In this document: piece after piece, positions 56,366 through 64,000 of the stretch
Numbering within the stretch: position 1 is the stretch's first letter
Layout of the letters: every line of letters starts with the position of its first letter
NCBI GenBank assembly: GCA_947425205.1
Contig: CANDZL010000008.1
Span: forward strand, 8,899 to 72,898
DNA from: an uncultured Hungatella sp.
GTDB taxonomy: Bacteria; Bacillota; Clostridia; Lachnospirales; Lachnospiraceae
Reading direction: 5' to 3'
Length of the DNA: 64,000 nucleotides
Position numbers and translations under genes: made by a program
Notes under the pieces: model-generated
Database searches by the model: none
Seen by the model: only the letters and a program-made list of their open reading frames with translations
What the model was told of the DNA's origin: nothing

Positions 56366-57441
56366 ATGCTGCATTTTCAGAGAGCATGAGAAGGGAGAAT
56401 AGGGTTCACATGGGGAACACAGGAATGGAGAATGGTATACGGGATAGAGAGGGCTTGACGGAAGAGGAGTTTTTAGCAGCTTACCAGCCAGGGGATTATC
56501 CCAGGCCTTCCGTGGCAACTGACATGGTGATTTTTACAGTGATGGATCGGGAGGAGGAGAATTATCGAAAGCTGCCGGAAAAGGAATTGCGGCTGCTTCT
56601 GATAAAGAGGGGCGGACATCCATTTTTGGGGTGCTGGGCATTGCCAGGAGGTTTTGTTCGGCCGACGGAGACCACGGAGCAGGCGGCGGAACGGGAACTG
56701 AGGGAAGAAACCGGTGTGAAAGATGTGTATCTGGAGCAACTCTATACTTTCAGCCAACCGGGAAGAGATCCGAGAATGTGGGTGATGAGCTGTTCGTATA
56801 TGGCGTTGGTTGACAGCAGCCAGGTGGTGGTTCAGGCAGGAGACGATGCGGATCAGGCGGCTTGGTTTAAGGTTCAGTGCCAGATGACAGGAAAGGAGAA
56901 AGGGCGGGAGACGTGGGAATTGCTTCTTTTCCATGAAGGGATCCGGCTTAAGACCGTTTTGGAAAAAAAGACCGGGGAGTCTTTTGCGGGCAGCAGGATT
57001 GTAAGATGTGAAGAAGAGAAATGTGAGGAGACTGGCGAAAAGGAAGATAAGCAAGAAGCGAGGGATCATGGAAAGGAAGGTAAGCAAGAAATGAGGGATC
57101 ATGAAAAGGAAGGTAGCAGGGGGCATGTTGATGCGATGGAAGGCGGCAAAAGGACTGGCAGCTGGGGAGGTGTTGCGTTTGATCATGGGAGAATCATTGC
57201 ATATGGGCTGGAGCGGCTGCGGGGGAAGCTGCAGTATACGGATTTGGCTCTGCATCTCATGCCGGAACATTTTACGCTGACACAGCTGCAACAAGTGTAT
57301 GAAGTAATTCTGGACAGAGAGATGCCTGCGGCGGCATTTCGCAGGAAGGCGGTGCCACTGGTGGAGGAGACTCCCAATTATACAGAAAATAAGGGGCACC
57401 GGCCATCCAGGCTGTACCGAAAAAAGAATGAAAGGGGATGA
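56362..57441 (+). CDS. nrtR: NrtR-type Nudix-wHTH regulator with a charged insert (start uncertain)
   Basis: Intact Nudix box GGFVRPTETTEQAAERELREETGV, motif GRDPR, and C-terminal wHTH FTLTQLQQVYE...GHRPSRLY. Confidence 0.85.
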   Translation: MNAAFSESMRRENRVHMGNTGMENGIRDREGLTEEEFLAAYQPGDYPRPSVATDMVIFTVMDREEENYRKLPEKELRLLLIKRGGHPFLGCWALPGGFVRPTETTEQAAERELREETGVKDVYLEQLYTFSQPGRDPRMWVMSCSYMALVDSSQVVVQAGDDADQAAWFKVQCQMTGKEKGRETWELLLFHEGIRLKTVLEKKTGESFAGSRIVRCEEEKCEETGEKEDKQEARDHGKEGKQEMRDHEKEGSRGHVDAMEGGKRTGSWGGVAFDHGRIIAYGLERLRGKLQYTDLALHLMPEHFTLTQLQQVYEVILDREMPAAAFRRKAVPLVEETPNYTENKGHRPSRLYRKKNERG

Positions 57442-58399
57442 CGGAAAAATGGACAGAAAAGCAGTTGCAAGGGAAACTTTGAATATTATGAGGCAGGGAT
57501 ATTATGAGATAGAAGACGGGAGCAGGACAAAAAGAATTGAGATAGCAGAGGATATGAAACGGTCCGTCAGACAAAGTGTTCTCATCACACCAGCTCAGGG
57601 AGAGGAGATTCTGAGAAAATATGAGGCGGAAGATTTATACAGATCTAATGGTAAGGGGCAAGTGAATCAGGAGGAATTCCTAGGCAGGAGTAAGGCAAAA
57701 GAGGAGTTCAACCAGGAAGGGGGAGATTCAGATAGCCGCCATGCAAAAGAACGGATAAGAATCGAGATTTATAATATTTCTACGGTAGATGCCATCAGAA
57801 AATTGTCTCAGGAAGGGAGAAAAAGGATAGGGGTTCTCAACTTTGCCAGTGCTAAGAATCCGGGAGGAGGATTTATAAATGGAGCTATGGCGCAGGAAGA
57901 AAGTTTGGCTGCATCCAGTACTCTCTACCGGACATTGACTGCCCATGAAGAATACTACAGGGAGAACAGGGCCAGGAGTTCGATGATGTATACGGATTAT
58001 GGGATTTATTCTCCTGATGTGGCATTTTTTAGAGACGGGAAGTTTAAGTTGGTGGAAAAGCCAGTATATGCCTCTGTTCTGACACTTCCAGCAGTGAATA
58101 TGGGGCAGGTTTTGCTTAAAGGGGAAGATGCAGAGGAAGCCAGAAGGGTGATGAGACGGAGAATGAAGCTGGCCCTGGCGATTTTTGCGGATCAGGGAGC
58201 CAAGAACCTGGTGTTGGGAGCCTATGGGTGCGGTGTGTTCCGAAACGATCCCGTTCAGGTGGCTATCTGGTGGAAGGAGATAATGGAAGAAGGGTTTGAG
58301 CAGTATTTCGAAAGTGTGGTTTATGCGGTTCTGGATACATCGCGAGGAGGAGCATGCATCAGGGCTTTTCAGGAGGTGATGAAGGAACAGGTAGGATGA
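57428..58399 (+). CDS. TIGR02452 family microbial poly(ADP-ribose) glycohydrolase-like protein
   Basis: PARG loop LNFASAKNPGGGFINGAMAQEESL and LVLGAYGCGVFRNDP. Confidence 0.9.
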   Translation: MKGDDGKMDRKAVARETLNIMRQGYYEIEDGSRTKRIEIAEDMKRSVRQSVLITPAQGEEILRKYEAEDLYRSNGKGQVNQEEFLGRSKAKEEFNQEGGDSDSRHAKERIRIEIYNISTVDAIRKLSQEGRKRIGVLNFASAKNPGGGFINGAMAQEESLAASSTLYRTLTAHEEYYRENRARSSMMYTDYGIYSPDVAFFRDGKFKLVEKPVYASVLTLPAVNMGQVLLKGEDAEEARRVMRRRMKLALAIFADQGAKNLVLGAYGCGVFRNDPVQVAIWWKEIMEEGFEQYFESVVYAVLDTSRGGACIRAFQEVMKEQVG

Positions 58400-58444
58400 A
58401 GGAATGTAGCGAAAGGGAAAAGTCTGTTCGTTGAAAGATTGGCG

Positions 58445-58473
58445 TAGACTTTCGGCTATCTGCGTGGTATAAT
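58445..58473 (+). promoter_or_regulatory. Candidate promoter embedded in an inverted repeat
   Basis: TAGACT-17bp-TATAAT with an extended TG. It overlaps the left arm of TCTGCGTGGTAT/ATACCACGCAGA. Confidence 0.55.
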
Positions 58474-58738
58474 CTCGAAAGAGAGTGATACCACGCAGAC
58501 AGTATACGTATGTGGTTCTGGTTGGGAGAATGGCCTGAGGGATATGGTGCAGCCTTAACAGAGGGCATATCAAGCTGGGAAAAGGGAATGTGGAAAACTA
58601 AAGTTTTTTGATTTTACGGCGATATATATTAACAATAGATATTTTTTAAAATATAAAGGTATATATATCTTATTATATAAAGCGAAAATAAAAGTAGCAA
58701 AAAATTTCCCATCATACAGGAAACATGAAAGGAATGTT

Positions 58739-61396
58739 ATGAGGAAAGCACAGAAAAGGCAGATTGAAGACTTTATAAAACTGCTAGACCAGGCGCACGC
58801 CGAGATAAAAAAGAATATAGAGGCCAGAGATTATCCCTCTGCATTAAGTCTTCTAGGACAGTGCCAGGAAGGAGCAGTGGGAGTAGGCAATCTGATTGAG
58901 AAAGTGGAGGGAGAAGGATTTGTCACCATTCCTTTTATAGAGTCATACTGTGAGACGGTTTACCAGATATATGAACATCTGGAGCAGAATCAGGGCTGGC
59001 AAGAAAACCAGGAATTACAGTCAGATCAAAATGAGAGGCATACTCAGCAATCGTGTTGGGACAGAACTAGGCGTTCAAGCAGGGAACTGCAACAGAGGCA
59101 AGGATTAAGCGGCAACCGGGTATATAAGAATCTGAGAAAATCCCTGATACAAGTTGAGAACAGTGTAAGACATGACATTCATGTGTGCATGGAGGTGGTA
59201 TTCCTTCCCTATAAAGCATCCATGTGGGACTCGCTGGAAAGTGTCTGGCAGGCGGCAGATGCAGATCCGGAGTGTGAAGCCTATGTGGTTCCCATTCCAT
59301 ATTATGATAGAAATCCAGACGGATCTTTAGGAACCTGTCATTATGAGGGGGATCAGCTGCCGGATTACGTGCCGGTAACCCATTATGAGACGTATCGGAT
59401 TGAAGAGAGAAATCCTGATGTCATATATATACACAATCCATATGATTATGCCAATTATGTGACAACCATAGATCCAAGATTTTATTCTGATAAATTGAAA
59501 CAACATACCGATTGTTTGGTATATATACCTTATTATTCTACATCCGGAGGTATGAGTGAGGGACAGGCATCTTGTCTAGCTTATTATAATGTGGATTATA
59601 TTGTGGTGCAATCAAAAAAATTTATGGATTTTTTTGATCCCTCTGTACCGGAGGAAAAATTCTTGTATTTCGGTTCTCCTAAATTTGACAGGGTGATCCG
59701 GATGTGCCAGAATCCGCCAGAATTGCCGGAAGAATGGAAACAAAAGATAAATGGAAGAAAAGTGTATTTCTATAATACAAGTATTGGCGGGATGCTGGGA
59801 GATACGGAAAGTTTCTTAAAAAAGATGGAATATGTGTTTGACTGTTTTGAAGGCAGGGAAGATGCATGTCTTTTGTGGAGGCCCCATCCGCTTTTGGAGT
59901 CTACCTTTGATTCTATGAGGAAGGAATATGCCCCCTGGTTTGAAAAGGTGAAAACCAGGTTTTTTGAGAAAAACATCGGAATTTATGATGATACTGCAGA
60001 CATGACGAAAACCATCGCTTTGTCAGATGTTTACATAGGTGATTCAGGGACAAGTGTCACATCCCTGTTTGGGGTTGTGGGAAAGCCCCTTTTTATATTG
60101 AATAATCAAGTACACACGCTACCGAAGGAAGATGACTGGCGTGGGGAGGCCATCAATCCGTTTTTTGATATGTGGGGTGATGATCGATATCAGATTACTA
60201 AGAACAATCAGCTATGGTTTTCTGAACATAATGATTACCGTTATAAATTCTATATGGATCTGGGAACTGGTTATTCTGGAGGACGGTATTATCTTGGAGC
60301 AGCAGAGATCAAAGGTAAACTTTATGTCTTTCCTGGCAATGCCCAGAATCTTCTGGTGATAAAGAATAAGCAGGTAAAGAAAATTGAATTTAAAACACGG
60401 ATTGTGAAGGCAGGAGCATTTTTCAACTACTGGTACAATGACAAATATATCTTCCTCTTCCCCAATCAGTATCCGTTGATGCTCCGATTCAATATTGAGA
60501 CAGAAGAACTTCAGGGAATCGATGGGATTCAGCCATTTTTAGTAAGAAACGTAGAGGGAGAATGGCGAATAGGCGGGATTGGATTATATGGGAATGAACT
60601 GGTATTTGCTTCTCCTGTGGACAATGAATTTATTTTCATGGATATCGATACGTTAAAGGCCAGAGGGCTGTGCAGCAATTCGAAATGTAATCTGGGAACC
60701 CAGACGGTCACAGTGAACGGAGAAGAACTGTGGCTGTTGCCTCTGGACGGAATGACGATCACATGTTGGAATCCCAGAACAGGGGAGACGAAGGAATATG
60801 ACGACCTGCCGAAGAATTTTAAATCCATAAGATGGCCATATGAGACAGAGTGCTGTGAGAGGCCGTTTGGAGCTATAGCATTTTCAAAAGAATGCGGAAA
60901 AGAACAGATTGTCCTTTCGCCAACCTGGGGGAATATGTACCTGACTCTTGACAGAGAGACAGGGAAGATGGAAGAGTGGAAGCCGCCAATACCATTTAAA
61001 AGCCGAGGAAAGAACGGGTATTTTGTAGCGTCGGGAATGGGAGGTTTTCGAATCACCCTGTCCCAGATAGGAAAAGCGGACTGCCAGATATGGTATACCC
61101 CGGAAAGGCGGCTTTACGATATCAATATTGATACAAAAGAATACAAGGAAATTGAGATAGACTTTGATTACGAAGAGTTAAAGGCCCATGAGCCAGGATT
61201 TATGGAGGAATCGGAATGGCTGCAGTACTGCCTGTGGGAAGATGTCTTTAATTCCCTGGAAAACTTGTTGGATGGCAAGATCACAGGAAAGCAATTTGAC
61301 AGGGAACGGCAGATCAAGGCGTTTTCCAAGATTAATGCAAGTACAGACGGCAGATGCGGAGAGAAGATACATCAGTTTGTGCGAGAGAGGGTCTAA
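58739..61396 (+). CDS. Large surface-glycan-locus protein with a CDP-glycerol phosphotransferase / GT-B-like region
   Basis: Motifs FLPYKASMWDSLESVW, PDVIYIHNPYD, GSPKFD, WRPHPL and YIGDSGTSV. The C-terminal half is beta-rich and unassigned. Confidence 0.65.
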   Translation: MRKAQKRQIEDFIKLLDQAHAEIKKNIEARDYPSALSLLGQCQEGAVGVGNLIEKVEGEGFVTIPFIESYCETVYQIYEHLEQNQGWQENQELQSDQNERHTQQSCWDRTRRSSRELQQRQGLSGNRVYKNLRKSLIQVENSVRHDIHVCMEVVFLPYKASMWDSLESVWQAADADPECEAYVVPIPYYDRNPDGSLGTCHYEGDQLPDYVPVTHYETYRIEERNPDVIYIHNPYDYANYVTTIDPRFYSDKLKQHTDCLVYIPYYSTSGGMSEGQASCLAYYNVDYIVVQSKKFMDFFDPSVPEEKFLYFGSPKFDRVIRMCQNPPELPEEWKQKINGRKVYFYNTSIGGMLGDTESFLKKMEYVFDCFEGREDACLLWRPHPLLESTFDSMRKEYAPWFEKVKTRFFEKNIGIYDDTADMTKTIALSDVYIGDSGTSVTSLFGVVGKPLFILNNQVHTLPKEDDWRGEAINPFFDMWGDDRYQITKNNQLWFSEHNDYRYKFYMDLGTGYSGGRYYLGAAEIKGKLYVFPGNAQNLLVIKNKQVKKIEFKTRIVKAGAFFNYWYNDKYIFLFPNQYPLMLRFNIETEELQGIDGIQPFLVRNVEGEWRIGGIGLYGNELVFASPVDNEFIFMDIDTLKARGLCSNSKCNLGTQTVTVNGEELWLLPLDGMTITCWNPRTGETKEYDDLPKNFKSIRWPYETECCERPFGAIAFSKECGKEQIVLSPTWGNMYLTLDRETGKMEEWKPPIPFKSRGKNGYFVASGMGGFRITLSQIGKADCQIWYTPERRLYDINIDTKEYKEIEIDFDYEELKAHEPGFMEESEWLQYCLWEDVFNSLENLLDGKITGKQFDRERQIKAFSKINASTDGRCGEKIHQFVRERV

Positions 61397-61516
61397 GGTC
61401 TCATAACTATTAGGTGGTTTATAAACCAAAGAGGATGAGACCGCTACAACGGATGGATAACAAGACAGGTGAGGGCAGGAAGGAAAATAAAGGGAGAGGA
61501 GAACAGTGGAAGCGTT

Positions 61517-62857
61517 ATGGTAAAAGTGATTACATATGGAACTTTTGACCTCTTCCATGAAGGACATTACCGGCTTTTAAAAAGAGCTAAGGATTTGGGG
61601 GATTATCTGATTGTAGGCGTGACTACAGAAGCTTATGACAAGACCAGAGGGAAACTGAATGTGGTGGATTCCCTGGTAACCCGCATTGAAAATGTAAAGA
61701 AGACCGGATTTGCAGATGAGATCGTTATTGAGGAGAGCCAGGGACAGAAGGTAACGGACATCCGAAAGTTTAATGTTGATATCTTTGCCATTGGTTCTGA
61801 CTGGATCGGAGCGTTTGATTATCTGAAAGATTACTGCAAAGTTGTATATCTGGAGCGGACAAAAAATATTTCCAGTACAATGCTGCGGGAGAAAAACAGG
61901 CCGATTCAGAGGATTGGGATCATCGGAACCGGAAGGATTGCAGAACGGTTTATTCCTGAGGCAAAACTGGTCAGCGGGGTCAGCACCCAGGGTGTTTATA
62001 ATCCCCATACGGAAAGCGCAGCCAGATTTGCCAATCAGTGGGAGATCAGCGCTTATGAGAATATAGAGGATTTTTATGGCGCGGTGGATGTTGTATATAT
62101 CGCCTCTCCTCATGAGACTCACTATGGATATATTAAAGATGCACTGGAGCATGGGAAACATGTGCTATGCGAAAAGCCTATGGTGCTTGAAAAGGCGCAG
62201 GCAGAAGAACTGTTTGGATATGCGAGAGAACGGAAATTGGTTTTGTTTGAAGGAATTAAGACTGCCTATTGCCCAGGCTTTCATAAATTGCTAGGGTTTG
62301 CCAGCAGTGGAACGGTGGGGACGATACGAAATGTGGAGGCCTGTTTCACAAAGCTGGAGAGGCCGGATACCAGGGAGATGACAAATCTGGTTTACGGGGG
62401 CAGCTTTATTGAGTTGGGAAGTTATGTGATGTTGCCAATCTTGAAGCTTTTTGGGAAAGAATTTGAAGAGGTCCGATTCGATACGATTAAGGGAGACAAT
62501 GGATTGGATATTTTTACCAAGGCTTCCTTCCGCTTTCCAACAGGAATTGCCACGGCTACCTGCGGGCTTGGGGTGAAGTCAGAAGGGAGGCTTTTGATTT
62601 CTGGTACAAAGGGCTATATTGTTGCGGAAGCACCCTGGTGGAAGACTACATACTTTGAGGCCCATTATGAGAATCCGGGAGAAGTGGAGAAATATTCGGA
62701 GCGGTTTTTGGGGGATGGGCTGAGGTATGAGATCAGCGATTTCCTTTCAGTGATAAACGGATACAGCAACAGCGAGTTTAAGCTAACCCGTGGGGAGTCG
62801 GTGGCCCTGGCGGGGGTGATGGAAGAATTTATGAAACGGGAGTCGAGAGGTGGGTAA
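61517..62857 (+). CDS. TagD-like cytidylyltransferase fused to a Gfo/Idh/MocA oxidoreductase
   Basis: TYGTFDLFHEGH and RTKNISST in the N-terminal domain; GIIGTGRIA and HVLCEKP in the C-terminal domain. Confidence 0.88.
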   Translation: MVKVITYGTFDLFHEGHYRLLKRAKDLGDYLIVGVTTEAYDKTRGKLNVVDSLVTRIENVKKTGFADEIVIEESQGQKVTDIRKFNVDIFAIGSDWIGAFDYLKDYCKVVYLERTKNISSTMLREKNRPIQRIGIIGTGRIAERFIPEAKLVSGVSTQGVYNPHTESAARFANQWEISAYENIEDFYGAVDVVYIASPHETHYGYIKDALEHGKHVLCEKPMVLEKAQAEELFGYARERKLVLFEGIKTAYCPGFHKLLGFASSGTVGTIRNVEACFTKLERPDTREMTNLVYGGSFIELGSYVMLPILKLFGKEFEEVRFDTIKGDNGLDIFTKASFRFPTGIATATCGLGVKSEGRLLISGTKGYIVAEAPWWKTTYFEAHYENPGEVEKYSERFLGDGLRYEISDFLSVINGYSNSEFKLTRGESVALAGVMEEFMKRESRGG

Positions 62858-62972
62858 TCATTCGCACCGAATAAGTGATACGTGCACCTTGACAATTTCA
62901 TACTTTACATTAGATGGACTGACTATCCATTTTTAAATGATAGATCTGCGAGGTCTTCGAAAATGTTATATA

Positions 62973-63001
62973 TTGATGAGAAAATGGAATGGGCATATAA
63001 T
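62973..63001 (+). promoter_or_regulatory. Candidate promoter of the decayed TA pair
   Basis: TTGATG-17bp-TATAAT. Confidence 0.55.
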
Positions 63002-63047
63002 AAGACCATAACTTTGAAGAAACTAAAAAGGATGGGTAGTGGTTTGT

Positions 63048-63323
63048 ATGTCAGTACTTCAGGAACAGGCAATTCAGATGGTACGTGGCCTCTCAGATGA
63101 TAATGTGAGTTTTTTGATTGAAATAATACAAAGACTTATGCCATAAAGGATATATACGCAAGCTGTCTCACTTCCAGAAAAAGAGGAGGCAATCAAGGCA
63201 TTCCAAAGATTAGATTCTGCACGGACAGAAATTAAACAATATTTGCCAAGGGACTTTGACCCTGATAAAGAATTGGAGGAGGCACGGGCAGAACGATATG
63301 GTAGAAGACTATTTGTAAGATAA
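63048..63323 (+). pseudogene. Small antitoxin-like gene with an in-frame TAA at 63144-63146
   Basis: MSVLQEQAIQMVRGLSDDNVSFLIEIIQRLMP*...DFDPDKELEEARAERYG, lying directly before a PIN fragment. Confidence 0.55.
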
Positions 63324-63447
63324 ACGTGCTGAAAGTGTGGGTGCAGGATATATTATAACCAGAAATATCGCTGATTTTGTTAATTCAAAAATTCCAGCTA
63401 TTTCTCCAGAGGAATTTTTGCAGGGCTTAGAGGCAAAAGATAAATAA
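63298..63447 (+). pseudogene. C-terminal remnant of a PIN-domain toxin
   Basis: AESVGAGYIITRNIADFVNSKIPAISPEEFL matches the PIN C-terminal pattern (xIITRNxxDF...IPxxxPxEF). The N-terminal catalytic part is absent. Confidence 0.65.
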
Positions 63448-63541
63448 AATTAGAATATAAGGCGAGATTTATAGATAATCTGATGTAAAGTATGGAATTG
63501 TCATACGATTGCATCAGATTTTTTATTGGGAGAGAGGGGTT

Positions 63542-64000
63542 ATGATACAGCTTAACGATAAAATGCTGCGCCAGTTGCAAATGATCCAGCTGGAAATGCT
63601 AGTGGAAGTGGATCGCATCTGTAAAAAACGAGGCATCAAATACAACATTATCGCCGGAACTCTTCTTGGTGCGATTCGTCACGGTGGCTACATCCCATGG
63701 GATGATGATGCAGATGTAGCTTTTTTGCGCCCGGAATATGAACGGTTTCGGGATGCTTGCAAAACAGAGCTTGACAAGACCAGATTTATTTTCCAGGACC
63801 ATAGGAATACCAAGGGATATCGGTGGGGATATGGGAAGCTGAGAAGAAAGAACACGCTTTTTTTGAGAGAGTTTCAGGAGCATATGCCCTATATGCAAGG
63901 AGTCTTTATTGATATCTTTCCGTTGGATGGAGTGCCGGATAACTATATTCTGCGGAGCATGAAAAATTTTGAATGCTTTTGTGTGCGAAAGATTTTGTGG
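63542..64000 (+). CDS. licD: LicD family phosphotransferase (3' partial)
   Basis: Motifs GTLLGAIRHGGYIPWDDDADV and IDIFPLD. The frame runs off the end of the window. Confidence 0.92.
   Translation, partial: MIQLNDKMLRQLQMIQLEMLVEVDRICKKRGIKYNIIAGTLLGAIRHGGYIPWDDDADVAFLRPEYERFRDACKTELDKTRFIFQDHRNTKGYRWGYGKLRRKNTLFLREFQEHMPYMQGVFIDIFPLDGVPDNYILRSMKNFECFCVRKILW

Noticed and set aside
1-64000. rRNA, tRNA, prophage, IS transposase or integrase
   Set aside because: No such motifs or ORFs were recognised; nearly all long ORFs have other assignments.

Overview
A 64-kb chromosomal segment of a gut-type Firmicute, most likely Lachnospiraceae judging from gene content and promoter/RBS style; this is an inference, not a database result. 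It holds about 50 genes: an Fe-ADH plus LarA pair, an ATP-grasp plus two-esterase operon, a hemerythrin fusion, a raffinose-type ABC/GH36/GH13 locus, and a second ABC locus with an intracellular alginate-lyase-family protein and a 619-aa unknown. Further along are a MarR-ABC exporter with an in-frame amber codon, iolC-iolD-iolB, topoisomerase IV (parE-parC), deoD, a NADAR-NrtR-PARG ADP-ribose module, and the start of a surface-glycan locus (cytidylyltransferase-oxidoreductase fusion, LicD). Features missed by the ORF track include two decayed toxin-antitoxin remnants (HicA; antitoxin plus PIN), tandem operator-like arrays right after promoters, several long intergenic fold-back elements, and in-frame tandem-repeat inserts in unrelated proteins. 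I found no rRNA, tRNA, CRISPR array, transposase or integrase. All calls come from reading motifs by eye; no searches were run.
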